A DNA stretch of 63,763 nt, the filler included, from a bacterium (lineage in GTDB: Bacteria > JADJOY01): NCBI GenBank assembly GCA_046331705.1. It is 4 parts of 4 records of this genome, joined end to end, with 100 filler letters (N's around TTAATTAATTAA, not from the genome) between each part and the next. Parts side by side here need not be neighbours in the genome. Positions count along the whole stretch, not along the records: positions 21,134 to 41,132 come from JAXLQJ010000089.1; 3 more parts are not named here. One strand, written 5' to 3'. Under the pieces are notes generated by a model that was given only the letters and a program-made list of their open reading frames with translations, ran no database searches and was not told the DNA's origin. The translations under genes and the position numbers were made by a program. Below, one piece after another: positions 28,227 to 38,297 of this stretch. Positions within the stretch are counted from its first letter, which is position 1. Each line of letters opens with the position of its first letter.

Positions 28227-28283
28227 CGACGCGGTCCGCCGGCGCCAGCACGCGATGCATCCGCGACGCCGCCCGGAGCGCGG

Positions 28284-29771
28284 TCACACGGTGGCGGGCT
28301 CGGCGGCGTCGGCTCGCGCGCGCCCCAGGAAATCCCGGATGTGCCCCGCCATCGCCCACGCGCCGCGCGCCAGATAGGACACGTCCTCGGCGCTACGGAT
28401 GCCGAGGAAGCGCCGCGCCACGTGCTCGGGGCGAAAGGACAACCGGTAGAAGCGCCTGCACCAGTCGAGGATCTCCTCGGACGAGAGCCCTTCGGTGCGC
28501 AAGATCGGCTCGCGCATGCCGAAGCGGTCGTAGTCCTGGGGATCGCAGGCGAGCCAGCCCTGCTCGACCGCCTGGCGGTAGAGCGGCGTTCCGGGATACG
28601 GAATGAGCACCGTCGACTGGAGCATCTCGATGGCGCCTTCGGCGTAGAGCTCCTCCACGATGCCGAAGGTGCTCGCGAGGTCGGCGCGCGTCTCCCACGG
28701 ATAGCCGACCATGATCGTGAGGTGGATCTCGAGCCCGTGCTTCTTGGCGGCACGGCAGCCGGCGCGCACCTGCTCGGGCGTGGTCCCCTTGCGCAACCGG
28801 CGCAACGTCTCGGGACTCATCGACTCGAGCCCCAGCTTGAGCTTGCGAAAGCCGGCGCGCGCCATCTTCTCGGCGGTCGCGTCGGTGAGCGCGTCGAAGC
28901 GCATGTTGCACGAGAAGAGCAGCTCGTCCGCGAGCCCGCGCTCCACCATGCCCGCGCTGAACTGATCGAGCCAGCGCCCGATCGGCAGGGTGCCGGTGTC
29001 GTCGAAGATCTCGCGCGCGCCGTGCTCGGCGACCAGGTACTCGAGCTCGTCGAGGACGTTGGCCGGCGTGCGCGCGCTGAAGGAATCCGCCGGATAGAGC
29101 GTGGTCCACGAGCAGAACGTGCACACGCCCCAATGGCAGTCGCGCCCGGCCATGATTCGGAAGAACGGCTTGCGCTTCCACCACTTCTCGGAGTAGCGGA
29201 AGCCCTCGGTGAGCCGGCGATCGATGAACGGCAGCTCGTCGAGGTTCACCGGCACGATCGCCACCGGGCTGTGCGCGATCGCGTCGCCATCGCGCCAGTA
29301 GACGTTGGTGGGCGGCTCGGTCCCTTTCTCGAGCGCACGCGCCAGATCCCGCAGCGTGATGTCGTAGTTCCCGCCCACCACGGCGAAGTCGACGGGACAC
29401 TCGCGGAAGCTCTCCTCGGGAAGCGCGGTGACGTGGTCGCCGAGCAAGAGGAAGCGGGTCGCGGGCAGGCGCCGCTTGGCCTCGCGAATCCACGCCCAAT
29501 GGCGCTTCACCACCGGCGTCTTGGTCTCGCACACCACCCAATCGGGCGCGGCGCTTTCCAAGCGCGCCCAGTGCTCGGCTGCGCTCAATCCCTGGGCGAC
29601 GGCGTCGTCCCAGAGCACCTCGTGGCCATCGTGAGCGAGCAGCGTCGCCGCTTGCGCGGGCACGATCGGAAAGAGATACGACGGGTGCGTGAACCACTGG
29701 AACTGGCGGTTCTGGGTGAGCATCGGCACGCCCGGACCACCGAGCGGCGGATAGGTGATCGCGATCTTCAT
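28284..29771 (-). CDS. Cobalamin-binding radical SAM protein
   Basis: N-terminal B12-binding-like domain (ETKTP, LLGDHVTALPEE); GRDCHWGVCTFC; IFDDTGT; LGLESMS; IMVGYPWET; PYPGTPLY. Confidence 0.88.
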   Translation of the reverse strand: MKIAITYPPLGGPGVPMLTQNRQFQWFTHPSYLFPIVPAQAATLLAHDGHEVLWDDAVAQGLSAAEHWARLESAAPDWVVCETKTPVVKRHWAWIREAKRRLPATRFLLLGDHVTALPEESFRECPVDFAVVGGNYDITLRDLARALEKGTEPPTNVYWRDGDAIAHSPVAIVPVNLDELPFIDRRLTEGFRYSEKWWKRKPFFRIMAGRDCHWGVCTFCSWTTLYPADSFSARTPANVLDELEYLVAEHGAREIFDDTGTLPIGRWLDQFSAGMVERGLADELLFSCNMRFDALTDATAEKMARAGFRKLKLGLESMSPETLRRLRKGTTPEQVRAGCRAAKKHGLEIHLTIMVGYPWETRADLASTFGIVEELYAEGAIEMLQSTVLIPYPGTPLYRQAVEQGWLACDPQDYDRFGMREPILRTEGLSSEEILDWCRRFYRLSFRPEHVARRFLGIRSAEDVSYLARGAWAMAGHIRDFLGRARADAAEPATV

Positions 29772-29826
29772 GTCGTGAGTGGCCCCGGCGGCGACGAGCG
29801 GCGAGCGGTCTCGGGATGGGCGCGCG

Positions 29827-30999
29827 TCAGCTTACGAGCGCGGGTGCCGGAGACGCCAACTCGAGGTACGCATCGAGCGTCTCGCGCGCCGTCGTCTCCC
29901 AGCGGAATCGCGTGGCCCGCGCGCGGCCCGCGGCGACGAGTGCCGCGCGCGCCGTGGGATCGCCGAGCAGGCCGAGGATGGCACAGGCGGCCTGGGTCGG
30001 CGACTCGGTCGGCAGCGCGAGATACGCGTCGCCCAGCACCTCGGGCAGCGCTCCCGCCGCTGCCGCCGCGACCGGGCAGCCGGAGGCCATCGCCTCGAGC
30101 GGCGTGAAGCCGAAACCCTCGTGAAGCGCCATCGTGACGTAGAGAGCCGCACGCCGATAGAGCGCGCGCAGCGCCGCATCGCTCACGTTCTCGAGGAAGC
30201 GGACCCGCTCGACGAGCCCGAGTCGCGCCGCGCGGCGCTGGACGCCATCGAAGAACCGGTCGCGCACCCCCGCGATCACCAGCACCGGCGCGGCCCCCGA
30301 CTCCGCGCGATCGACGAGCGCCCGGAACACGTCGAGCAGCCCCTCGACGTTCTTCTGCGGCCGCGTGTTGCCGACGTGCAAGAGGTACGGCCGGCTCGCG
30401 TCGAGTCCCACGCTCGCGAGCACGGCGGGGTCCCCCGTCTCGTCGCCGGGCTCGAAGAAGGCGTCGCCGAGCCCCTCGTGCACCACGCGAAAACGGCGCG
30501 ACGGGATTCGATACGTGCTCATCACGTCGTCGCGGGTCCACGCGGAGCCCGCGAGAATCCGATCCGCCGCGCCGAACGACCACCGATAGGCGAGCCCGTA
30601 GAAGAGCCGCGACGCGAGCGCCACCACCGGGCCGCGCCCGCCGTGAAAGCCGCGCACCCGCAGCGCCTGCAGGTCGTGGGCGGTGACCACCGTGCGCGGC
30701 GCCGCGCCGATCGGCAGCACCGGAAAGAACGCGTGGAAGACGTCGAGACGCTCGGCCCGGGCGATGGGTCCGAGACGCGTCAAGGTCGCGAGCGAGACCG
30801 GCAGGAAAGGCACCGGGATCTCGCGCACCCCGTCGCCGCGAGCGAGCGGCTCGGGAAGGTCGGCGCGGCGGAACACCACCAGCTCGTGGCCACGGGCGCG
30901 GACCCGCGGCACGAGATGACGCACCAGCTCGGCGCTGTAGCGGCCGATGCCGTGAACGTGGCTCGGATAGACGTAGCGCGCGTCGAGGCCGATCCGCAT
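29827..30999 (-). CDS. Glycosyltransferase family 4
   Basis: MRIGLDAR, GIGRY, VVTAHDL, HVGNTRPQKN, HEGFGFTPLEAMASG. Confidence 0.93.
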   Translation of the reverse strand: MRIGLDARYVYPSHVHGIGRYSAELVRHLVPRVRARGHELVVFRRADLPEPLARGDGVREIPVPFLPVSLATLTRLGPIARAERLDVFHAFFPVLPIGAAPRTVVTAHDLQALRVRGFHGGRGPVVALASRLFYGLAYRWSFGAADRILAGSAWTRDDVMSTYRIPSRRFRVVHEGLGDAFFEPGDETGDPAVLASVGLDASRPYLLHVGNTRPQKNVEGLLDVFRALVDRAESGAAPVLVIAGVRDRFFDGVQRRAARLGLVERVRFLENVSDAALRALYRRAALYVTMALHEGFGFTPLEAMASGCPVAAAAAGALPEVLGDAYLALPTESPTQAACAILGLLGDPTARAALVAAGRARATRFRWETTARETLDAYLELASPAPALVS

Positions 31000-31010
31000 G
31001 CTCGTCCTCG

Positions 31011-32180
31011 TCAACGGCGCGCAGCGGCCGCGCTCTCCGCATAGAGCTCGGCGGTGCGCGACGCGATCTCTTCCCACGAGGGCGTGCTGGCGCGCTTGCG
31101 CGCGGCCGCGCCGAGCCGGCGGCGCAAGGCGCGATCGTCGCGCAAGCGCATGAGCGCCGCGGCGAGCGCCGCCGCGTCCCCGGGGCTGACGAGGATCGCG
31201 GGCGGATCGGCCGCCGACCACGCGCGCGGCACGCACGGACCGTCGGTCGTCACGATCGGCAGCCCGTGCGCCATCGCGGCGAGCATCGACCCGCGCCGCG
31301 CGGACGCTCCACCGGCGAACGGAAAGACCGCCGCATCGGCCGCGGCGAGCAGCGCGCTCAGCTCGGGCGCCGCCAGATGACCGATGCGACGGAGCGTGCC
31401 TTCCTGCTCCGCCGCCCTGAGCGCCTCGAGGTCGCGGCGCGGCGCGCGCCGGCGCACGCGGGGCGGCGGCTCGCCGATCACCACCAGCTCGACACCGTCG
31501 CTCGCCAGCCAGCGGCTGGCGCGCGCCAGCACCTCGAGCCCGCGATCCTCGGCCAAGAGCCCGAAGTGCATGACCAGGAACGACTCCGGCGAGAGCCCGC
31601 GGCGGCGCCGCACGCTCGTGACGTCGACGGCGGTGCTCGCCGGCGAGAGGTTGGCGGCGATCGGGATCACCCGCAGCTGGCTGCGCGCGAGCCCGGGCCA
31701 GCCGAGCGCCGCGTCGCGATCGAGCTCGCTGGTGAACACGATGCCGTCGCTCGCGACGAGGTTGAGCCACGCCCGCGCTCGGAACCGCCTGCTGCGCTCC
31801 GAGAACTCGTGCAACGTCGTCACCACCGCCGGCACGCGTCCGCGGCGGCGCACGCCACGCGCCACCCAGGGGATCGCGTTGGCGAGCCCGCCGCGATCCT
31901 GGGTGCCCAGGCGAGACGGATACATGAGGTGCACCACGTCGGGCTCGCAGCGCAGGATCGCGTCGCGCAGGCGCTCGATCTCGTCGAGACGCCAGCCCTC
32001 CATGATCCGATGCACCTCGACTCCCTCGATGGGTTTCGCGGGGCCCGGCCCCGTCGAGGTCAACACGTCGATGTGCTCGAGATCGCGGATGCGCGCGAGC
32101 GCCCGGGCCAGCAGCGCGGTGTAGTCGCCCACGCCGCAGATCTGGTCGGGAAACGTGCCGCTGACGAGCAGGAGGCGCAT
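31011..32180 (-). CDS. Glycosyltransferase family 4 (GT-B)
   Basis: FPDQICGVGDYT, VTTLHEF, HFGLLAEDRG, VFPFAGGASARRGSMLAAMAHGLPIVTT. Confidence 0.88.
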   Translation of the reverse strand: MRLLLVSGTFPDQICGVGDYTALLARALARIRDLEHIDVLTSTGPGPAKPIEGVEVHRIMEGWRLDEIERLRDAILRCEPDVVHLMYPSRLGTQDRGGLANAIPWVARGVRRRGRVPAVVTTLHEFSERSRRFRARAWLNLVASDGIVFTSELDRDAALGWPGLARSQLRVIPIAANLSPASTAVDVTSVRRRRGLSPESFLVMHFGLLAEDRGLEVLARASRWLASDGVELVVIGEPPPRVRRRAPRRDLEALRAAEQEGTLRRIGHLAAPELSALLAAADAAVFPFAGGASARRGSMLAAMAHGLPIVTTDGPCVPRAWSAADPPAILVSPGDAAALAAALMRLRDDRALRRRLGAAARKRASTPSWEEIASRTAELYAESAAAARR

Positions 32181-32205
32181 GGCTGAGCGAGGATGCGCCG
32201 CGGGG

Positions 32206-33354
32206 TCAGCGCGAGCGGGCGCGGTCGAGCGCAGCACGATACACCGCGGCGGTCGCCGCCGCCGCCACGTCCCAGGTCATCGCGCGAGCCTGAGCGACCC
32301 CGCGCGCCAGCCGCGACTCGAGAGCGGCACCGCCGCGCAGTGTTTCCTCGATGGCGCGCGCGATGGCGAGCGGCGACGCTCCCACCGGCGCGAGCTGGGC
32401 GAACGAGCGCGCCTGCTCGACCAGCGGCGCGATGGCGGCGCACACGACGGGCACGCCGCAGCCTGCCGCCTCGAAGACGGGGATGCCGAAGCCCTCGTAG
32501 CGCGACAGGAACACGAACGCCCGCGCGCCGCGATAGATGGCGGGCAGCGCCGCTCGCTCGACCGCGCCCGTGGCGATCACGCTCGCGCCGCGCTCGCGGA
32601 TCGCCTTTCGGAGCGCCGCGCCGGCGCCGGCGGTCGGCCCGACCAGCACCAGCGGCAACGTCTCGCCGCGACCGCGCTCGAGCGCCGCGTGCGCGGCGAG
32701 CAGCTCGCCGATCCCCTTGCGCGCCTCGATCGCGCCCACGAAGAGCAGATAGGCGGGCGGCAATCGGTAGCGCTCGCGAAAGGCGTCGTCCGTCGCTTCC
32801 GGAGTGGGCTGGAAGTCCGCGTCGATACCGTGCGGCACCACGTGAATCTTGTCGCGGGTGGCGGGGAACGCCCGCGACAGCGCCTCGCCGGTGAAGGCGC
32901 TCGGCACCACGATCGCCGAGGCGCATTCGAGCGACGCCGCGAACCACCGCTCCAGAAAGAAACGCAGCCCGTCGCTCACCCAGCGGGGCTCGTCGCGCCA
33001 CGCCAGATCGTGAACCGTGAGCACCACCGCCGCCTCGCGAGCGCGTGGCGCGAGCAGGTCCGTCGCGTGAAAGACGTCGAGCGGCCCCACCAGGTCCTCG
33101 ATCCCGCCCACTCCGCGGTCGAGCCACGAGCGATTCAGCAAGCGGCGCGGCACGCGCGTGTGCACCGACCGCACACCCGCGAGATCCACGCCAGCGAGCC
33201 GCGGCGCGCGCAGCGACGGCTGATTCACCCACGCCACCAGCGCGCGTGCGTCGAGCGCCGAGCGCGCGCCGAGCAGCCCGCGCACGTAGCTCGCGATCCC
33301 GGTGGCGCCGCGCGCCAGCGGTGTGAGGTCCACGCCGATACGAAGCCCGCTCAC
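32206..33354 (-). CDS. Glycosyltransferase family 4
   Basis: RIGVDLT, TGIASY, VLTVHDL, FVGAIEARKG, SRYEGFGIPVFEAAGCG; GTGA overlap with the upstream gene. Confidence 0.93.
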   Translation of the reverse strand: MSGLRIGVDLTPLARGATGIASYVRGLLGARSALDARALVAWVNQPSLRAPRLAGVDLAGVRSVHTRVPRRLLNRSWLDRGVGGIEDLVGPLDVFHATDLLAPRAREAAVVLTVHDLAWRDEPRWVSDGLRFFLERWFAASLECASAIVVPSAFTGEALSRAFPATRDKIHVVPHGIDADFQPTPEATDDAFRERYRLPPAYLLFVGAIEARKGIGELLAAHAALERGRGETLPLVLVGPTAGAGAALRKAIRERGASVIATGAVERAALPAIYRGARAFVFLSRYEGFGIPVFEAAGCGVPVVCAAIAPLVEQARSFAQLAPVGASPLAIARAIEETLRGGAALESRLARGVAQARAMTWDVAAAATAAVYRAALDRARSR

Positions 33355-34976
33355 GAGGTCACGCCCGCTCGCGGCGCCGCAGCCGTCGCCAGGCGTCCAC
33401 GCCCCAGCGGCGGCGCCAGCGAGATCCCCGCCAGGATCATCACGGGATACGCCGCCGGCCGTTCGGTGAGCGCATGCAGGAAGCACGCGGCCAGCGCCAG
33501 TGCGCACCACGCCGCGCCGACCCCGGCTGCGCCCGCTCTACCGGCGACGGCGGCGGCGAGCAGCGCGCGGCCCATGCTGAGCACGAAGCCCGTCAGCAAC
33601 CCCATGCCCACGATGCCGTACTCGACGCCGAACTGGAGATACGAGCTCTCCGTCACGATCCCGTTCGCCCCGAGCACCCGCACCGAGACCTCGCCGGCGC
33701 GCCCCGGTCCCAGACCCCAGGGATGATCGGCGAGGGTCTGGGCACCGCGCAGCCACGCTTCGAGATGCCGCGGTGACGACGTATCCGTCGCCGCCCCGGT
33801 CAGCGTGTCGCGCGTCCACGACGCGAGGCGCGGCGCGAGCGGCAACGTCGCCGCGGCGGTCGCGAGCACGGCGAGCGCGATCCAGCGCCGCGCGGCGCGG
33901 TCGCGCCAATGGACACGTGCGACGATCGCCGCGCCGAGGGCGAGGCCGAGCCACGCGCTGCGCGTGAACGTCGCCAGCGCCGTCACCGCGAGACCAGCGG
34001 CCAGAGCCAAGCTGCGAACGCGCGCGCCGGCGACGCCCGCTCGGAACGCATCGTCGAGGGCGAGCAAGCTCGCGATGGCGAAGACGAGCCCCGCGGGCAG
34101 CGGATCGAGGAAGACCGACGTCAGCCGGTAGTGCTCGTAGCCCGGCACCTTGAAGTCGCGCGGGCCGGTGTACCCCGCCGCCGCGTACCAGCCGGGCCCG
34201 AGAATCGCGAGCTGGACCAAACCGAACACCGCGAGCAGCGCCGCCAGCCAGACCGTGAGCGCACGCAATCGCCGCGCCTCGGCGGGATCGTCGCCGGCCA
34301 CGCGAGCCGCGATCCCGACCAGCGCCAGCGGCCCCAAATCCGCGGCCAGCCCGCGCAGCGCGAGGCCGAGCCCCACCTGGTGCACCACCAGCGCGCGCAC
34401 GCTCGTCGCCGCGACCCACGCGGTGAGCGCCACGCCCCAGCGCACGGGCCGGGCCCACGCGCGAGGATCGGCGCACGCCGCCGAGCGCCCCTCGCGACGC
34501 ACCGCCATCGCGAGGGCACGCACCCCCAAGGTCGCGATGCCCAGGTCCTTCCACTGACCGAGCGCGCCGCCCTCGAGAAGCCATCGCCCTTCGAGAACGC
34601 TCAACACCAACGTGTGGAACGGTGCGATGGCGATCAACGCGGCAAGCGCGACGAGGGGCCGAGCCCACGCAAGCGCCACCCACGCCACCGCGCCGACACC
34701 CAGCACCAGCGCGCGGGTCGTCGCCGTCGCGAGCAGCGGCGCCGCCAGCGCCGCCGCCAGCGCCACGAGCATCGCTGCCGGCGCCGGCGCTCGCCGGCCG
34801 CCGAAGCACGCCACCTCGAACGCCACGAGGGCACCCGCGACCGCCGCGCACGTCACCCCGGGCAGCAGCGCACCCGCCGCGCCGATCGCAACCGCGTAAC
34901 CGAGCACGCGCACCACGTCGCCGGCGCGGAACGCGAGGCGCGTGGGCCGATCCGGGCTGGAGGCGAGGCTGGTCAT
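33351..34976 (-). CDS. O-antigen ligase/polymerase-like membrane protein
   Basis: Multi-TM; RLTSVFLDP, TFTRSAWLG, DHPWGLGPG, ESSYLQFGVEYGIVG. Confidence 0.8.
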   Translation of the reverse strand: MTSLASSPDRPTRLAFRAGDVVRVLGYAVAIGAAGALLPGVTCAAVAGALVAFEVACFGGRRAPAPAAMLVALAAALAAPLLATATTRALVLGVGAVAWVALAWARPLVALAALIAIAPFHTLVLSVLEGRWLLEGGALGQWKDLGIATLGVRALAMAVRREGRSAACADPRAWARPVRWGVALTAWVAATSVRALVVHQVGLGLALRGLAADLGPLALVGIAARVAGDDPAEARRLRALTVWLAALLAVFGLVQLAILGPGWYAAAGYTGPRDFKVPGYEHYRLTSVFLDPLPAGLVFAIASLLALDDAFRAGVAGARVRSLALAAGLAVTALATFTRSAWLGLALGAAIVARVHWRDRAARRWIALAVLATAAATLPLAPRLASWTRDTLTGAATDTSSPRHLEAWLRGAQTLADHPWGLGPGRAGEVSVRVLGANGIVTESSYLQFGVEYGIVGMGLLTGFVLSMGRALLAAAVAGRAGAAGVGAAWCALALAACFLHALTERPAAYPVMILAGISLAPPLGRGRLATAAAPRAGVTS

Positions 34977-35115
34977 GGGCGAGGCGGCCGGGCGACCCGG
35001 CGATTGAACCACCGTGGCGCAGCCGGTCCAATCGCGGCGCGTACGATGCCCACGGGATGTCCGCGGTATCGCCGCGCGGCACGCTCATCGGCCACCCTTC
35101 GCCGCGGTGACGACG

Positions 35116-36507
35116 ATGGCGATGCCGGCCGATCCATGGCGCTGCTCGGCGCTCGAGCAAGCCGCCGCGATCCGCTCGCGCGCGATCTCGGCGGAGGAGC
35201 TGACGCGCGGCTACCTGGCGCGCATCGAGCGCCACGATCCGCGCCTGCACGCGTTCGTCGACGTGCACGCCGAGCGTGCCCTCGCTCGTGCGCGCCGCGT
35301 CGATCGCGCGCTCGCAGCGGCACCCGCTGCCCCCTCGCCCACGTTCCTCGGCGTGCCGTTCGCCATCAAGGACACCGATGCCGTGCGCTTCGCGTTCAAT
35401 CGCGCGGGCTCACGGGCATACCGCTACGTCTGGATGCCCTTCGACGCGCGCGCCGTGCGGCTGCTGCGCCGCGCGGGATTCGTGATCCTCGGCAAGACCA
35501 GCACCTCCGAGCTCGCGCTGATGCCGGTGGTGGAGCCGGACATCCACCCGCCCACGGCCAACCCGTGGAACGTGGCGCACAGCGCCGGTGGCTCGAGCGG
35601 TGGCTCGGCGAGCGCAGTCGCCGCCGGGATGCTGCCGATCGCGCACGCTGCCGACGGCGGCGGCTCGATCCGCATCCCCGCATCCTTCTGTCATCTCTTC
35701 GGCTACAAGGCGTCGCGCGGCCTCACACCGGACTTCTACGCGGCCATGGACCCGGTGGGCCTGTCGATCCTGGGCTCGGTGGCGCACCGCGTGGCGGATG
35801 CGGCGGCCGTGCTCGATGCCTTGCGCGGCGACGCGAGCGGTCCCGGCGGGCCCGACGCGCTACGGACGAGCGCGCTCGCGCCCCCGCCACCGGCGCTGCG
35901 CATCGGGCTCTGCCTGGAATCGCCGACGGCCAGCGTGGACCCGGAGATCGCGAGCGCCGTGACCGCCGTCGCGCGGCTGCTCGAGAGTCTCGGGCATCGC
36001 ATCGAACCGCTCGATCCACCCGCGGGCTCGCTCGACGAGTTCCTGCCCGTGTACCAGCGTCTCGCGGCGAATCCCCCCGCGCTCAGCGAGCGCGGCTTCC
36101 AGCCCGTGACGCGCTGGCTGCGCGACGCCGGAAAGCGGCTCACCGCCGCCGACGCGATCGCCGCCAACCAAGCGCTGAGCGCGCGGCTCCTCGCCTGGTT
36201 CGGCGATCTCGATCTCTGCCTTTCGCCCACCGTCGGCCGGCCACCCCCGCGCATCGGCGAGTGGTCGCATCTGCCCGCGGAAGCACAGTTTCGCGCCGCA
36301 GCCGAGCTCGGTGGTTTCACGGCCGCGTTCAACATCACCGGGCAACCGTCGGCGAGCCTTCCCGCCGCCGTTTCCGCGGCCGGCCTGCCCATCGGCGCCA
36401 TGCTCACGGGACGGCGCGGCGCGGACGTCACGCTGCTGCGCGTCTGCCATCAGCTCGAAGAGGCGCTCGCGTGGCACCGGCGTCGTGCGCCGCTCGCCGC
36501 TTCGTGA
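35116..36507 (+). CDS. Amidase signature family protein
   Basis: GVPFAIKD, GKTSTSEL, SAGGSSGGS, ADGGGSIRIPAS, FNITGQPSASLP. Confidence 0.93.
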   Translation: MAMPADPWRCSALEQAAAIRSRAISAEELTRGYLARIERHDPRLHAFVDVHAERALARARRVDRALAAAPAAPSPTFLGVPFAIKDTDAVRFAFNRAGSRAYRYVWMPFDARAVRLLRRAGFVILGKTSTSELALMPVVEPDIHPPTANPWNVAHSAGGSSGGSASAVAAGMLPIAHAADGGGSIRIPASFCHLFGYKASRGLTPDFYAAMDPVGLSILGSVAHRVADAAAVLDALRGDASGPGGPDALRTSALAPPPPALRIGLCLESPTASVDPEIASAVTAVARLLESLGHRIEPLDPPAGSLDEFLPVYQRLAANPPALSERGFQPVTRWLRDAGKRLTAADAIAANQALSARLLAWFGDLDLCLSPTVGRPPPRIGEWSHLPAEAQFRAAAELGGFTAAFNITGQPSASLPAAVSAAGLPIGAMLTGRRGADVTLLRVCHQLEEALAWHRRRAPLAAS

Positions 36508-36522
36508 GCGGGCAGGTCCGCT

Positions 36523-37062
36523 TCACGAGCGCGCGGCGGTCCAGTCCGCACGAACCCGCGCGTAGCGCAGCCCGTCGCCGACGCGGCCGTCCTTGATCAC
36601 GTAACAGCGCAGACGGCCCTCGAGCCGATAGCCGGCCTTCTCGAGCACACGCGCCGAGGCGGGGTTCCATTCGTACACCGTGGCTTCCAGGCGCAGCAGA
36701 TCGAGTTGCGTGAACGCGTGGTCCGTCGCCGCGCGCAGCGCTGCGGTGGCGATCCCGCGCCCCCAGTACGGACGGCCGAGCCAGTAGCCGATCTCGGCGC
36801 CGACGCGGTGTACGTCGTCGAAGCGGTCGAATCCGACCGCGCCGGCCGCCTCGCCGTCCACCTCGATCGCGAATTGCGTCGGCGTCCCCGCGAGCGTGGC
36901 GCAGTGCGCGATCCAGGCCTCGGCATGGGCCGTCGTGTACGGATGCGGGAAGCGGTCGCGCAGGTTGCGCCAGACCTCCGCGTCGCTGGCGTGACGCGCG
37001 AGCGCGTCCACGTCGCGGGGCTCCCAGGGCCTGAGCACGAGTCCCTCCCGTTCGATCCTCAC
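36523..37062 (-). CDS. GNAT family N-acetyltransferase (RimJ/RimL-like)
   Basis: LRDRFPHPYT, AEIGYWLGRPYWGRGIAT, NPASARVLEKAGY; GTGA overlap with the upstream gene. Confidence 0.92.
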   Translation of the reverse strand: MRIEREGLVLRPWEPRDVDALARHASDAEVWRNLRDRFPHPYTTAHAEAWIAHCATLAGTPTQFAIEVDGEAAGAVGFDRFDDVHRVGAEIGYWLGRPYWGRGIATAALRAATDHAFTQLDLLRLEATVYEWNPASARVLEKAGYRLEGRLRCYVIKDGRVGDGLRYARVRADWTAARS

Positions 37063-38297
37063 GCGGCGCCCCCGCGCGGCCGCTGAGGCTCGCCGTCGAA
37101 GAGCTTCACCACCCGCTCCGTCCCCGCGGCGCTCGTCACCCAGCGCTCGCGACGATCCGACAAGAGCTCGCGGGTCCAGGCCAGTGCACCGCCGTCGCCG
37201 ATCGCCACCTCGAAGCCGTCGAGGCGCCGGATGAAGAAGCGAATCGTCGCGCCCTGGTAGTAGTTGATCCCTTCCAGGCGTGCGAGATCGAAGCGCACGT
37301 CGAGCGACGGGTGACGCGTGCGAAGCGGCGCCGCGATCGAGTCGACGAGTGTCCGCGCCCAACCGCGCTCGGCGTCGCCGAGGCCGAGCGCCGTCACCGC
37401 TGCCACCGGATCGTCCACGGCTCGCGGCAGCTCGACACCGCTCGCCGCGATGAGCGATTCGCCGGCCTCGGGCCGGTGCGCGCGCGCACCGCGGCCGAGC
37501 TCGGCGGCGTCGACGCCCCGCGCTCCGAAGCACGCGCGCACCAACCGCGTGTCCGACAGCACCACCCGCGCACCCGCGATCGCGAATCCTGCGGCGGGTA
37601 ACGACGCGAAGATCCGCAGCCACACGTCGAGCTGCTCGGCGAGCGCTTCCGCGTCCACCACGTCGCCGCTGCGGTCGGCCGCGGTGCGCGCCGCGGTCGC
37701 CAGCGCGAAGAGCCGGAAATGGGGCGAAAAACCGGGTTGATCGACGGGCTGGAGCCGGATCACCCGCTGGCTCGCCGCGTAGCGCAGCGCGGCCTCCGTG
37801 CGTGCCCGACGCCGCGCCTCCACCGCATGAAGCGCCATTGCCGTGGTGGGATCCGCCGCGACCTCGGTGAAACGCAGCGCGCCGAGGACGTTGTTGGGAT
37901 CGACGCCCACGCACGCCGACGTGCCGAGCGGCAGGACCGGCGCCAGATCGAGCGCCTCGAACGCGCTGGCGCATCCGAACGCCACCGTGTCGAACGCGTG
38001 CATCCGCCGGGCGTCGGCACTCGACGCCTGGAGCAACGGCGTGCGCGCCGCGTGGTCGCGAACGTCGGCGAGGCGGCGCGCGCGAGCGCGGCGGCGGAAG
38101 GCGTGCAGCAGCAGCGTCGTCAGGTCCGAGCCCGCGAGCTCGTGGGCGAGCAGCTCGTGCAACGGCCGATCGGCGAAGCGCTCGGCGACACGCCGCGCCA
38201 CCCGCGCGGCGAGCCTCTCGGTGGCATCGCGCGACTCGCCGTGCCCAGCGTCGGGCGCAGCCGCCGGACGCGGCGAGCGATCGTCGTGCGTCTTCAT
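37059..38297 (-). CDS. Hypothetical protein resembling a class II aminoacyl-tRNA synthetase catalytic domain
   Basis: QRVIRLQ...HFRLFAL (motif 2-like), RLEGINYYQG (HisRS-like), IGDGG, TSAAGTERV (motif 3-like). 4-bp overlaps at both ends. Confidence 0.6.
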   Translation of the reverse strand: MKTHDDRSPRPAAAPDAGHGESRDATERLAARVARRVAERFADRPLHELLAHELAGSDLTTLLLHAFRRRARARRLADVRDHAARTPLLQASSADARRMHAFDTVAFGCASAFEALDLAPVLPLGTSACVGVDPNNVLGALRFTEVAADPTTAMALHAVEARRRARTEAALRYAASQRVIRLQPVDQPGFSPHFRLFALATAARTAADRSGDVVDAEALAEQLDVWLRIFASLPAAGFAIAGARVVLSDTRLVRACFGARGVDAAELGRGARAHRPEAGESLIAASGVELPRAVDDPVAAVTALGLGDAERGWARTLVDSIAAPLRTRHPSLDVRFDLARLEGINYYQGATIRFFIRRLDGFEVAIGDGGALAWTRELLSDRRERWVTSAAGTERVVKLFDGEPQRPRGGAA

